DNA of 64,000 nucleotides from an uncultured Paenibacillaceae bacterium (lineage in GTDB: Bacteria > Bacillota > Bacilli > Aneurinibacillales > Aneurinibacillaceae). The notes under the pieces are model-generated. The model saw only the letters and a program-made list of their open reading frames with translations, did no database searches and had not been told where the DNA came from. Shown in pieces: positions 45,912 to 55,649 of this stretch. The DNA lies in assembly GCA_937874515.1 (NCBI GenBank), contig CALNBV010000235.1, positions 1,210 to 65,209 on the forward strand, written 5' to 3'. Positions within the stretch are counted from its first letter, which is position 1; the number at the start of each line of letters is the position of its first letter. The position numbers were made by a program, and so were the translations under genes.

Positions 45912-47024
45912 ATGGAAAACTTCGTATATAGACGAATTAAGGAGAAGATGAGTGAGAACGAAAAAGATGCAATCCCTTTTTCCACCTTTATGGAGCTAGC
46001 TCTCTATGGTGAAGGGGGGTATTATGCAAAGGAACAACAAAAGATCGGTAAAGAGGGGGACTTTTATACTAGTTCTACCGTTCATCCCATTTTCGGGGAA
46101 ACCCTGGCTGAATATATTTGGAAAAGGATGGAGATGATAGAATCCCGTCCGAAATATATTGTAGAAATGGGTGGAGGAACCGGTGCCTTAAGTCAGCATG
46201 TCATTGGGCATCTTGTTGAAAAGAAAAAGGTTGTTGATTTAAGGTATGTTTTAATCGAAGCCAGTCCTTATCATCGAAGGTTGCAGCAGGAGAAATTGGC
46301 GCCTTATTATACTGAAGGAAGTGTTGAATTTTTCTCCACGATATCTGAAGCGAAACAACGCATTCCTCAATTAAATGGCGTGTTCTATTCTAATGAACTT
46401 CCTGACGCCTTTCCTGTCCACATGGTTTGTTTTCAGGGGGGAGATTGGAAAGAAGTACATGTCACACTGGATGAAAATAGGGAATTTACGGAAAAATTGC
46501 TACCAGTTCCTCCAGAAATTTCCACCTACTGTAAGGAACGAAATATTCCACAACAAGAAGGGTATCGTACGGAAATTAATTTAAATAGCATTCGTTGGAT
46601 GGAGGAAGTCTCTTCATGGATGGAAGAAGGCACATGTATTACCATCGATTATGGGTATACTCAAGAGGAATATTATGCCCCATGGCGTAATCGAGGAACC
46701 CTTATGTGTTATCGAAATCATCAGGCACAAGAAAATCCTTACCTTATGGTTGGTGAGCAAGACATTACCGCACATATAAATTTTACGGATTTAATGGAAA
46801 CAGGAGAACGGAATGGATTAATGCCTCTCCTTTTTCTAAATCAAGGGGAATTTTTAATTCAATCAGGAATTCTGGAGGAGCTTCAAAATCATGCAGCTAG
46901 GGATCCTTTTCGCAATGAAACGGCCCGCAGAAATCGAGCCATTCGCCAATTGATTATGGATGGGGAGATGGGTGGAGCTTTTAAAGTGTTAGTCCAGGAG
47001 AAAAAAAGGTGCCTGTCCAAGTAG
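45912..47024 (+). CDS. class I SAM-dependent methyltransferase, MidA/NDUFAF7 (DUF185) family
   Basis: FMELALYGEGGYY...GDFYTSSTVHPIFGE...VEMGGGTG, 370 aa. Confidence 0.82.
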   Translation: MENFVYRRIKEKMSENEKDAIPFSTFMELALYGEGGYYAKEQQKIGKEGDFYTSSTVHPIFGETLAEYIWKRMEMIESRPKYIVEMGGGTGALSQHVIGHLVEKKKVVDLRYVLIEASPYHRRLQQEKLAPYYTEGSVEFFSTISEAKQRIPQLNGVFYSNELPDAFPVHMVCFQGGDWKEVHVTLDENREFTEKLLPVPPEISTYCKERNIPQQEGYRTEINLNSIRWMEEVSSWMEEGTCITIDYGYTQEEYYAPWRNRGTLMCYRNHQAQENPYLMVGEQDITAHINFTDLMETGERNGLMPLLFLNQGEFLIQSGILEELQNHAARDPFRNETARRNRAIRQLIMDGEMGGAFKVLVQEKKRCLSK

Positions 47025-47038
47025 ACAGCACCTTTTTT
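47002..47038. terminator. hairpin shared by convergent genes
   Basis: ggtgcctgtc pairs with gacagcacc, flanked by A7 and T6. It spans the methyltransferase stop codon. Confidence 0.7.
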
Positions 47039-47047
47039 CGCTATGTC

Positions 47048-47329
47048 TTATAAATAAGCCTTTAATAAATCTATTGCTGCACTTTCTCCTTCGGCCATTG
47101 TTGGATAATCTCCGAAGAAGGCATAATACATGAATCCGGTAAATGCAGCAAATAAGTATAACATGAAAATGGTCATATAGGACTTTTCTGAAAGATCAAT
47201 GTAGCTAAGTGCGATGAAAAGACCTGTTTGAGCGAAGAATAGCAACGCCATAATTTGCAGGTTACCCCATAATGACATAAGTGCAGTAACGAGCGTAAAG
47301 AATGCAAGAACGCGAAACATACGTGCCAT
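47048..47329 (-). CDS. small membrane protein (DUF2626/YqgY-like)
   Basis: 93 aa with three TM helices. Its position between the yqgX-like and mgsR-like genes fits the B. subtilis yqgX-yqgY-yqgZ order as I recall it. Confidence 0.6.
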   Translation of the reverse strand: MARMFRVLAFFTLVTALMSLWGNLQIMALLFFAQTGLFIALSYIDLSEKSYMTIFMLYLFAAFTGFMYYAFFGDYPTMAEGESAAIDLLKAYL

Positions 47330-47427
47330 TTCTTTTTCCCCCCTTTTTCGACATACTATGAGTCCATCATTTATTATAATTCAGAGGTTCTTAAGTGTAA
47401 ATGTTAAGGTTTGATAAAAATTAAAAA

Positions 47428-48135
47428 TTATTCAGGAAGACGCAATAATGTATAGTCACAGGATTGGCATCCAGACATAATTGAGTTTTCCTCAATCAGT
47501 TGTATATCCTTCCCAAAGAAGGTCTGGAATATGCCAATCAATAACATGTGATGCATTTGGCAAATGCTTGCAGGATGTTTTAAAGCAGTTTCTTTAAATG
47601 TGCAATTAAATACACGGAAGCGAATGGTGCGCTCATCCACAATGCTAATTTCAGGGTTTAATCCCTGGGCTAAAATAACTCTGCGAATGGTTTCGATTTT
47701 TTCTTCATAACTCATACGAGCAAGAACAAGGTGTTCTTTATCAATGGCTTGTTTGGCAGCCTCTTGGCCAAATCGTAACCCCATGTCATCAAGAGCCTTT
47801 TGTCCTACTTCCCCTAAAGAAAGCAGGGTTTCTATTGCAATGGTGGCAAGTAGTTGATAATCCCGTGGAGGGAATTGGAGGTTGACCACCTGTTCTGATA
47901 AGAAATAAAGCCGGCTTGGCCGTCCGCCTTTACCTGTTTTTTCAGAAGTTGAAGAAAGAAGGTCTACATCTTCTAATTTCGTTAAGTGGAGACGGGCAAC
48001 ATTGGGATGAATTTCAAACTCGTCTGCAATTTCCTGTACAGTTACCGATTGGTGGTTGGTAACAATATAATGGTAAATTGAAAAACGTGTGGGGTCGGCT
48101 AAAACGCCGGTAAGTTTTAAAGTATCATTTTCCAT
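47428..48135 (-). CDS. winged-helix (ArsR/COG2345-like) transcriptional regulator with a 4-Cys C-terminal domain
   Basis: The N-terminus LADPTRFSIYHYI...VTVQEIADEFEIHPNVARLHLTKLEDVDLL...GRPSRLY is wHTH-like. The C-terminus has C-x13-C-x30-C-x2-C. Confidence 0.7.
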   Translation of the reverse strand: MENDTLKLTGVLADPTRFSIYHYIVTNHQSVTVQEIADEFEIHPNVARLHLTKLEDVDLLSSTSEKTGKGGRPSRLYFLSEQVVNLQFPPRDYQLLATIAIETLLSLGEVGQKALDDMGLRFGQEAAKQAIDKEHLVLARMSYEEKIETIRRVILAQGLNPEISIVDERTIRFRVFNCTFKETALKHPASICQMHHMLLIGIFQTFFGKDIQLIEENSIMSGCQSCDYTLLRLPE

Positions 48136-48354
48136 AGGAAATCCCCCTAATTCTCTCTATAAACAAGTGAGCTAGTATCTCAGGTTTATTATAGTACAAA
48201 CAATGGCAAAGGGGAAATGTCGGATTTGTAAACACTATTGACATAGGAATAAACTAAATAATATACTTATGTTAAAAATATTGGGTATACATATAAATTG
48301 CCCATTTTCCATGATTTTAAAAGATATGCATTATACAGGGAGATGACTATTGTG

Positions 48355-48711
48355 ATGGATCATCAACTTACTTTCTATACTTATCCAAGTTGTACTTCAT
48401 GTCGAAAGGCCAAGGCCTTCCTCAAAGAAAAGGGGATTCAATACGAGGAGCGCCATTTATTCAAAAATCCTCCATCAGTCAAAGAGTTATTGGATATTGT
48501 TAAAATGACTCATAATGGAATGGACGATATTTTGTCTACCAGAAGCAGAACCTTTAAAGAACTGGATAAGGATATTGAAGATATGACTGTATCCGAATTA
48601 TTAGAAATGCTAAGCGAGGAACCCCGTCTCCTCCGTCGTCCCATTATTTTTGATGGGGAGAAGTTAATTATTGGCTTTAATAAATCAGCCATGGAAAACC
48701 TTTTAGCGTAA
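48355..48711 (+). CDS. mgsR: Spx/ArsC-family redox-sensing regulator, MgsR (YqgZ)-like
   Basis: MDHQLTFYTYPSCTSCRKAKAFLKEKGIQYEERHLF...LLRRPI, compared with my recalled MgsR MEQQLKFYTYPSCTSCRKTKHWL. CxxC motif present. Confidence 0.8.
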   Translation: MDHQLTFYTYPSCTSCRKAKAFLKEKGIQYEERHLFKNPPSVKELLDIVKMTHNGMDDILSTRSRTFKELDKDIEDMTVSELLEMLSEEPRLLRRPIIFDGEKLIIGFNKSAMENLLA

Positions 48712-48727
48712 AATTATTAAGAAGTGG

Positions 48728-48760
48728 AAAACCAGCAGATAATAAGTCTGCTGGTTTTTT
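48728..48760 (+). terminator. terminator after mgsR
   Basis: aaaaccagcaga-taataag-tctgctggtttt followed by T. Confidence 0.85.
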
Positions 48761-48869
48761 GTTGCACTTAAAATAGTTTAATCATCAAGTTTCTTTGTGG
48801 TAAAATAAAAAAACAGGGGTAAACACCAGAAAATTCAAAAGATATGAAAATTGAGGCGAGGGATTCAAC

Positions 48870-49631
48870 ATGGAAAACATATTATTGGAAAAAAATAACG
48901 GGATTGCATTAGTTACCTTAAATCGTCCTGAAGTAAGAAATGCTATAAGTTTTGAAATGGTAGAAGAATTAGATGAATGTTTAGATGAACTTGTGGCGGA
49001 TTCAGAAGTTAAAGTGGTCATCTTTACAGGGGCAGGGGACATTGCTTTTGCTTCTGGTGGAGATTTAGTACAATTCGGGTCTGTTCGTACGAAAGATAAA
49101 TCTCAACCGATGTTACTTAAGGTATCTCGTTTATTAAGTAAAATTGACCGTTTTCCAAAACCAACCATTGCCATGATTAATGGGGCTGCCATTGGCGGAG
49201 GGTGCGAATTTGCAACAGCCTGCCGCTTCCGTTTTGCCAGTGACAAATCTAAACTTGGTTTTGTACAAATTGGCATGCATATTATAACAGGTTGGGGCAG
49301 TGGCACTCGCTTAATGGAGAAAATCGGTACAAATCAAGGGTTAACCCTTCTATTAACTGGGGAAATGTTCGATTCCCAAAAAGGAAAAGAAATTGGTTTT
49401 ATTACTGAAGTTTATCCCCAGGATGAACTAAAAGAGAGTGTATTTAAATTAGCCGAAAAAATTGCTAAACAACCCCTTCCAGGCATTTTAGCCTATATGA
49501 AAATTGCCAAAATGGTGGATTCTAATTTATCCAGAGAAGTATGTATTGAAGAGGAAATTGATCTTTGTTCTGATTTGTGGGGTTCTGAGGACCATTATGC
49601 AGTAATACAAAAATTCTTAAATAAAAAATAA
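48870..49631 (+). CDS. enoyl-CoA hydratase/isomerase (crotonase) family protein
   Basis: VTLNRPEVRNAIS, FASGGDL and INGAAIGGGCEFA motifs. Confidence 0.88.
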   Translation: MENILLEKNNGIALVTLNRPEVRNAISFEMVEELDECLDELVADSEVKVVIFTGAGDIAFASGGDLVQFGSVRTKDKSQPMLLKVSRLLSKIDRFPKPTIAMINGAAIGGGCEFATACRFRFASDKSKLGFVQIGMHIITGWGSGTRLMEKIGTNQGLTLLLTGEMFDSQKGKEIGFITEVYPQDELKESVFKLAEKIAKQPLPGILAYMKIAKMVDSNLSREVCIEEEIDLCSDLWGSEDHYAVIQKFLNKK

Positions 49632-49765
49632 AAGTGAATTATTTCCTCCGTATAAATTGCAAAGGGTTTGGATATGCTGTTTTACTAGAAAATCATTCTA
49701 TGAATTCTATTAATGGCATAAAGATAGTTAAACAGGAATGCAATGAAAAACGGAGGGATATATAG

Positions 49766-50416
49766 ATGACAGCGATACGTCAGGATGCATGGACACCCGA
49801 TGACGACCTGCTCCTTGCGGAAGTAACGCTTCGCCATATTAGAGAAGGGAGTACTCAGCTTGCTGCCTTTGAAGAAGTGGGGCAAAGGTTAGGGCGTACT
49901 TCGGCCGCCTGTGGATTTCGATGGAATAGTGCGATTCGTAAAAAATATGAGGCAGCGATTCAAATCGCAAAAGCACAACGCCAACAATTAAAAAAGACCA
50001 GAAGAAAGTCCATTGTTGAACAACCTGAACTAAAAGTGGTTCATGATGTAGAGATTGCTTCGGAACTAGGGGATAAACCATTTGTTCTTGAAGAAGATAT
50101 TTCACTTGATACGGTCATTCGTTTCTTGAAAGGCCAAAAGGAAAATCACAAAAAAATTAAATTATTTGAAAAAGAAATAGCTGAGAAAAATAAAGAATTA
50201 CAACGCCTTCGTATAGAAAACGATTCTATGAGAAAAGAATTAAACAACATGAAAACGGATTATCAGGTGGTAAATGACGATTATAAAGCCTTGATTCAAA
50301 TTATGGATCGGGCACGTAAAATGGCATTCTTAGCTGATGAAGATATGAATGTAGAAGATAAACCCCGGTTTAAAATGGACGCCAATGGCAATTTAGAACG
50401 TGTGGATTATAGATAA
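49766..50416 (+). CDS. rsfA: RsfA-family prespore transcriptional regulator (YlbO-like)
   Basis: Myb/SANT-like N-terminus RQDAWTPDDDLLLAEVTLRHIREGSTQLAAFEEVG..LGRTSAACGFRWNS plus a coiled-coil C-terminus. Confidence 0.82.
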   Translation: MTAIRQDAWTPDDDLLLAEVTLRHIREGSTQLAAFEEVGQRLGRTSAACGFRWNSAIRKKYEAAIQIAKAQRQQLKKTRRKSIVEQPELKVVHDVEIASELGDKPFVLEEDISLDTVIRFLKGQKENHKKIKLFEKEIAEKNKELQRLRIENDSMRKELNNMKTDYQVVNDDYKALIQIMDRARKMAFLADEDMNVEDKPRFKMDANGNLERVDYR

Positions 50417-50437
50417 ACACCATGTGAATAGAATCTT

Positions 50438-50476
50438 AGGGTTGAATTTATTTTAACCCTGGGGTTCTTTTTTTTT
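50438..50476 (+). terminator. terminator after rsfA
   Basis: The agggtt/aaccct and aacc/ggtt helices are followed by cT9. Confidence 0.6.
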
Positions 50477-50525
50477 GCCCGGCGAAATAGTCAGAATAGT
50501 AAAGGGATTTGAAAGGGTGAATGAG

Positions 50526-50750
50526 ATGAAGAAAATCGTCGCTTCAATGGCAGGAACAGTCATCGAGGTCCTTGTTCATGTAGGTGATAAGATTATCGTA
50601 GGCCAGGTTGTGGTCATATTGGAATCTATGAAGATGGAGGTTCCCATTGAAGCAGAAGTTGCTGGCAAAGTGTCCTGGATTAAAGTGAATACGGGTGATT
50701 TTGTCAATGAAGATGATATTCTTTTGGAGGTGGATGAGGGGAATGGGTGA
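50526..50750 (+). CDS. stand-alone biotin/lipoyl attachment domain protein (BCCP-like, 74 aa)
   Basis: The sequence IVASMAGTVIEVLVHVGDKI..GQVVVILESMKMEVPIEAEVAGKV contains the (E/S)MKM biotinyl-lysine motif. Confidence 0.8.
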   Translation: MKKIVASMAGTVIEVLVHVGDKIIVGQVVVILESMKMEVPIEAEVAGKVSWIKVNTGDFVNEDDILLEVDEGNG

Positions 50751-50801
50751 AAAATATCCTGTATAATATGGTATACTTCTGAGAGGAAGGAGGCATGTCC
50801 T

Positions 50802-52433
50802 GTGCATATAGAAGAACTACAGATTCCTGCACCCCACTCTCTAATGGAAGATTATCTTTTTCAATTTGAAAAAGTGTCTCCCTTTTATACATATTCCCCT
50901 TATCGAAAAGAGAGTTGGATTGAAAGAGTTGAATGGTTGGAAGGCCATCCATTAAATCATAGAGATGAATTGGTTCAAGGTTTAATGGAGTATAATCAAC
51001 AAGTTAATAACCATAAATCGGCATTTGCCAATATTACAAGACTACTGGACCAAAGATCCTGTGTTGTAATTGGTGGCCAGCAATCTGGGATCTTAACCGG
51101 ACCTTTATATTCCATACATAAAGCCATTACGATTTTACAGCTAGCGGAAAAGAAGGAAAAAGAGCTGGGTGTTCCAGTGATCCCTGTCTATTGGATTGCT
51201 GGGGAAGACCATGATTATGATGAAGTGAATCATGTCTATATCCAATCTAAAGATGGAAAGGTTAAGAAAATCAAACTGGAAGAACAGCCATCAGGACGAA
51301 TGTCCATTAGCCATTTTCTTCTTGCCGAAAATACCCTGGATGACTTTATAGAAGAGTTTTTTGCGGGGCAAATAGAAACAGAGTACACCATGGATTTAAA
51401 ACAAACATTGCATGGGATGGCTGCCCAATCACAAACCTTAACTGATTTTTTTGCCAGGATTATGAGCTGGCTTTTCGGAGAAAAAGGTCTTGTGCTAGTA
51501 GATGCCACCCTTCCCTTTATTCGGCAATTAGAAAAGGAAACCTTTCGCGAAGTCATTATGGGAAATGAACAATTAAATGAAGCATTTATGAAGCAATCCA
51601 GAGAAATAGTAGAAGCTGGATATCATCGTCAGGTAGAAACAGAAGAACATAACGCCCATTTCTTTCTGTATGAAGATGGGAAAAGAACAGCTGTATTGAG
51701 GAAAGAAGAGGGTGTATTCTCCCTCAATGGAGGAGAAAAAACATTCACACGTGAAGATCTCCTTGTTCTTTTAGAAAATGAACCAGAACGGTTTAGTGCC
51801 AACGTTGTGACTCGCCCATTAATGCAAGAGCGTTTATTTCCTACCCTTGCTTTTGTCGGGGGTCCTGGGGAAATTGCATACTGGGGGTTATATCGCCAAT
51901 ATTTCTCTTTGTTTGGCATGGAGTTGCCCATTTTAATGCCCAGGATGACCTTTTCTATTGTAGAGGGGACCGTACAAAAGTATATGGAAAAATATCAAAT
52001 CTCGTTAACAGACCTCTTTGGTCAGCTTGGAGAAAAAAGGGATGAGATTCTTCGTTCATTACAAACCTTCCATTTTGAAGAGGTTTTTGACCAGTTTCGT
52101 GGTCGGTTACGCCAGCAATATCAGGAGATTATTCAAGAGGCTGGTCATATGGAAACAGGTTTAATTAAGATTGGCGAAAAAAATCTTGATAAAATTCTTG
52201 AGCAGGTAAACTATTTCGAGAAAAAAACAGGTGAAGCCTTCCTGAAGAAAAACGAAGTCTTATTACGCCAGTTTGAACGGATTCAACTTTCCCTTTTCCC
52301 AATGGACAAACCCCAGGAACGTGTTTACAATATATTTGGTTATTTAAACAAGTATGGGTTATCATGGTTTAAGGAATTTGTTGGGGATTCTTATCATATA
52401 GATTCTCAACACATCGTGTGTTTTGCGAAATAA
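50802..52433 (+). CDS. bshC: bacillithiol biosynthesis cysteine-adding enzyme BshC
   Basis: 543 aa. VVIGGQQSGILTGPLYSIHK, WIAGEDHD, FSANVVTRPLMQE and FVGGPGEIAYW match B. subtilis YllA/BshC as I recall it. GTG start. Confidence 0.92.
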   Translation: MHIEELQIPAPHSLMEDYLFQFEKVSPFYTYSPYRKESWIERVEWLEGHPLNHRDELVQGLMEYNQQVNNHKSAFANITRLLDQRSCVVIGGQQSGILTGPLYSIHKAITILQLAEKKEKELGVPVIPVYWIAGEDHDYDEVNHVYIQSKDGKVKKIKLEEQPSGRMSISHFLLAENTLDDFIEEFFAGQIETEYTMDLKQTLHGMAAQSQTLTDFFARIMSWLFGEKGLVLVDATLPFIRQLEKETFREVIMGNEQLNEAFMKQSREIVEAGYHRQVETEEHNAHFFLYEDGKRTAVLRKEEGVFSLNGGEKTFTREDLLVLLENEPERFSANVVTRPLMQERLFPTLAFVGGPGEIAYWGLYRQYFSLFGMELPILMPRMTFSIVEGTVQKYMEKYQISLTDLFGQLGEKRDEILRSLQTFHFEEVFDQFRGRLRQQYQEIIQEAGHMETGLIKIGEKNLDKILEQVNYFEKKTGEAFLKKNEVLLRQFERIQLSLFPMDKPQERVYNIFGYLNKYGLSWFKEFVGDSYHIDSQHIVCFAK

Positions 52434-52464
52434 AATAGTTTTAAAGGCAGGAGGCGGTATATAA

Positions 52465-53727
52465 ATGAGCACACAAAATGATAGCATGATTAAAGATATA
52501 AATTTAGCGCCAAGCGGCCATTTGAAAATTGACTGGGTAAAAGAACATATGCCCGTATTAAATGCCATTCGGGAACAATTTGAGAAAGAACAACCCTTTA
52601 AAGGGTTGAAAGTGGCAATTTCTCTTCATTTAGAAGCTAAAACAGCCTATCTTGCGAAAGTGGTGCAAGCTGGTGGGGCAGAAGTAACCATTACAGGAAG
52701 CAACCCCTTATCCACACAGGATGATGTATGTGCCGCTCTTGTTGAGGATGGAATTAGGGTGTTTGCTAAATATAATCCTGATCCAGAAGAGTATAAAGAG
52801 CATTTAATTAAAACTCTGGAAATTCGCCCAGATTTAATTATTGATGATGGTGGGGATTTAGTGACCATCCTTCACTCTGAACGGCCAGATTTACTAGAAC
52901 AAGTGCGTGGGGGTTGCGAGGAAACCACAACTGGGGTTATTCGAAATCGGGCTCTGGAAAAATCCGGGCAATTAAAGTTCCCGATGATTGCTGTGAATGA
53001 TGCCTATTGCAAATACCTTTTTGATAACCGTTATGGAACAGGTCAGTCTGTATGGGATGGAATTAACCGTACAACCAATTTAGTGGTAGCCGGCAAAACT
53101 GTCGTGGTGGTAGGCTATGGCTGGTGTGGCCGCGGGGTTGCTATGCGGGCAAAAGGATTAGGTGCTAAAGTCGTTGTTACGGAAGTAGATGGCATTAAAG
53201 CCATTGAAGCCTATATGGATGGGTTTGAAGTATTCCCAATGACCGAAGCAGCCAAACACGGGGATTACTTTGTCACTGTAACCGGAAATCGGGACGTCAT
53301 CCGAGGAGAACACATTGCCAACATGAAAGATGGAGCCATTCTTTCCAATGCAGGACACTTTGATGTGGAAATAAATAAAGTGGAATTGGAATCCATTTCG
53401 GTTTCCAACCGGGTGGTTCGCAAAGATATTGAAGAATATGTTTTAAACAATGGACGGAAAATTTATTTACTGGCAGAAGGTCGTCTGGTGAACCTGGCAG
53501 CAGGGGACGGCCATCCAGCAGAAATCATGGATATGACCTTTGCTTTACAGGCGGCATCCCTTGCTTATGTAAATGAGCAATTTAAAGAAATTGGTCCTCG
53601 TGTTTTAAATGTTCCTTATGAATTAGATGAAAAGGTTGCCCGTTTAAAACTTGAAGCCCTTGGCATTGGTATTGACCAATTAACGCCTGAACAGATTAAG
53701 TACCTTGAAAGTTGGAATGAAGAATAG
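52465..53727 (+). CDS. ahcY: adenosylhomocysteinase
   Basis: 420 aa with [26 protein letters not shown] and the NAD loop GYGWCGRG. Confidence 0.94.
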   Translation: MSTQNDSMIKDINLAPSGHLKIDWVKEHMPVLNAIREQFEKEQPFKGLKVAISLHLEAKTAYLAKVVQAGGAEVTITGSNPLSTQDDVCAALVEDGIRVFAKYNPDPEEYKEHLIKTLEIRPDLIIDDGGDLVTILHSERPDLLEQVRGGCEETTTGVIRNRALEKSGQLKFPMIAVNDAYCKYLFDNRYGTGQSVWDGINRTTNLVVAGKTVVVVGYGWCGRGVAMRAKGLGAKVVVTEVDGIKAIEAYMDGFEVFPMTEAAKHGDYFVTVTGNRDVIRGEHIANMKDGAILSNAGHFDVEINKVELESISVSNRVVRKDIEEYVLNNGRKIYLLAEGRLVNLAAGDGHPAEIMDMTFALQAASLAYVNEQFKEIGPRVLNVPYELDEKVARLKLEALGIGIDQLTPEQIKYLESWNEE

Positions 53728-53736
53728 AAATGGAAT

Positions 53737-53769
53737 AAAAATCCTCCTTTTATTAGGGAGGATTTTTTT
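53737..53769 (+). terminator. terminator after ahcY
   Basis: aaaaatcctcc pairs with ggaggattttt, followed by T. Confidence 0.88.
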
Positions 53770-53770
53770 G

Positions 53771-53820
53771 TATAATCACGAATATGAAGAAGTGTGGTAG
53801 AAAGTGGGGCGAAGTGGGGC
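53771..53820 (+). promoter_or_regulatory. dcw (Pmra) promoter -10 plus three phased MraZ-box-like repeats
   Basis: TATAAT at 53771-53776. GTGG cores at 53794, 53804 and 53814 are exactly 10 bp apart (gAAGTGTGG, AAAGTGGGG, gAAGTGGGG). Confidence 0.6.
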
Positions 53821-53848
53821 CCAAGGAGAATTTGGTGGTGAACAAGTC

Positions 53849-54280
53849 ATGTTCATGGGAGAATATCAACACAGCATTGATGAAAAGGGAAGATTAATTA
53901 TCCCATCCAAATTCCGGGATGGACTAGGAGACACCTTTGTCATAACTCGTGGTTTAGACCAGTGCCTCTTTGTTTACCCTATGGAAGAATGGACCCTTCT
54001 TGAGAACAAATTGAAATCCCTTCCATTTACCCGGGCAGATGCCCGTGCCTTTACTCGTCTTCTATTTTCCGGAGCCACAGAATGTATTTTAGACAAACAG
54101 GGGAGGGTGACTCTTCCTGCTAATTTACGTTCCCATGCACTGTTAGAAAAAGACTGTATTGTGATTGGCGTCTCCAATCGAGTAGAGATTTGGAGTGCAT
54201 CACAATGGCAACATTATTTTGAGCAATCAGGGGATTCATTCAACGAAATCGCCGAAAAAATCGTGGATTTTGATTTATAA
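53849..54280 (+). CDS. mraZ: division/cell wall cluster transcriptional regulator MraZ
   Basis: [19 protein letters not shown], a second DKQGRVTLP repeat, 143 aa. Confidence 0.95.
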   Translation: MFMGEYQHSIDEKGRLIIPSKFRDGLGDTFVITRGLDQCLFVYPMEEWTLLENKLKSLPFTRADARAFTRLLFSGATECILDKQGRVTLPANLRSHALLEKDCIVIGVSNRVEIWSASQWQHYFEQSGDSFNEIAEKIVDFDL

Positions 54281-54301
54281 TCATCCCCGGGAGGTTTTAG
54301 T

Positions 54302-55234
54302 ATGTTTCATCACATCACTGTTTTACAGCAAGAATCTGTTGAAGGGTTACAAGTGAAACCAGATGGCATTTACTTTGATTGTACGTTAGGGGGAGCTGGA
54401 CACAGTTACCTTATAGCAAGTCAACTGGGTCCCAATGGTCGATTAATTGGGATTGATCAGGATGATATGGCACTTCAGTCTGCCAGAGAAAGACTATCTC
54501 CCTATATGGACAGGGTAACCCTGGTTAAAAGTAATTTTCGCCATTTAAAAGATATAAGCAAGGACTTAGATCTCCCTCATGTTGATGGTATCCTATTTGA
54601 TTTAGGCGTTTCGTCTCCTCAATTAGACCAGGGGGATCGGGGGTTTAGTTATCAACAGGATGCCATGCTTGATATGAGAATGGATCGGGAACAGCCTTTA
54701 ATGGCGTATCATGTTGTGAATGAATGGCCTGAGGAAGAAATCGCTCGCATTTTATTCGTATATGGGGAAGAGAAATTTTCCCGCAGAATCGCCAGAGAGA
54801 TTGTGAATCAAAGGAATCGAAAACCCGTTGAAACCACAGGGGAATTAGTGGAAATTATTAAAAAATCCATTCCTGCTGCTGCCCGTCGTACAGGCCCACA
54901 TCCCGCTAAACGGTCCTTCCAAGGAATCCGCATTGCTGTTAACGATGAGTTAAATGCTTTTCAAGAAGCGTTGAAGGATGGCATTGAACTATTAAGTCCT
55001 GGCGGAAGAATATGTGTCATTACCTTCCACTCTTTAGAGGACCGAATTTGCAAACAAATCTTCCAGGAATACAGTAAAGGGTGTACCTGCCCTCCTGGTT
55101 TTCCGATATGTGTGTGCGGGAATACCCCAATTATTAAGGTAATTACACGGAAACCTTTACTCCCTGGAGAGCAAGAATTAGAAGGAAATCCGAGGGCGCG
55201 TTCAGCAAAATTGCGCATCGGAGAAAAACGATAG
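54302..55234 (+). CDS. rsmH: 16S rRNA (cytosine1402-N4)-methyltransferase RsmH
   Basis: [18 protein letters not shown] and [10 protein letters not shown] motifs. Confidence 0.96.
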   Translation: MFHHITVLQQESVEGLQVKPDGIYFDCTLGGAGHSYLIASQLGPNGRLIGIDQDDMALQSARERLSPYMDRVTLVKSNFRHLKDISKDLDLPHVDGILFDLGVSSPQLDQGDRGFSYQQDAMLDMRMDREQPLMAYHVVNEWPEEEIARILFVYGEEKFSRRIAREIVNQRNRKPVETTGELVEIIKKSIPAAARRTGPHPAKRSFQGIRIAVNDELNAFQEALKDGIELLSPGGRICVITFHSLEDRICKQIFQEYSKGCTCPPGFPICVCGNTPIIKVITRKPLLPGEQELEGNPRARSAKLRIGEKR

Positions 55235-55253
55235 AGGGAAGGGGAATGGATTT

Positions 55254-55619
55254 GTGAAAATATTCAACCATGGGAATCTTGCGGTTGATATTCAAAGAAA
55301 GACACAACCTGCAACCAAGACCGTTCAAAAGAAAAAAGTCATCCTTCGTTATGGCATCAGCGGAAAAGAAAAACTGGCCTACTTTATTGCTATTATGATT
55401 ATTGTTTCTATTTCTTTAATGGTTCTGGCCAGATATTCGGAAGTGTCTAAATATAATTATCAACTCGTAGGAATCCAACAACAGATGAAACAGACACAGG
55501 AAGAAAATAATCAATTGAAATTACAAATTGATGCATTAAGCAATCCAGAGAGAATTAAAACTGTAGCCAATGAAATGGGTCTAGCCCAACATGAAGGTTC
55601 TGTAAAGGTTTATAAATAA
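55254..55619 (+). CDS. ftsL: cell division protein FtsL
   Basis: 121 aa, bitopic with a coiled-coil after the TM helix. GTG start and the expected dcw position. Confidence 0.85.
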   Translation: MKIFNHGNLAVDIQRKTQPATKTVQKKKVILRYGISGKEKLAYFIAIMIIVSISLMVLARYSEVSKYNYQLVGIQQQMKQTQEENNQLKLQIDALSNPERIKTVANEMGLAQHEGSVKVYK

Positions 55620-55649
55620 GAAATTGCCTCAAATGAGGGGGTTACACCG

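Noticed and set aside
53804-53848. N-terminal extensions offered by the ORF track (for example mraZ from GTG 53804, spoVD from 57821, tlyA-like from 21977, aroQ from 2021, FixG-like from 34315)
   Set aside because: The longer forms would cover operators, promoters or the upstream gene, and they lack a properly spaced SD. The internal starts give N-termini that match the homologues I recall.
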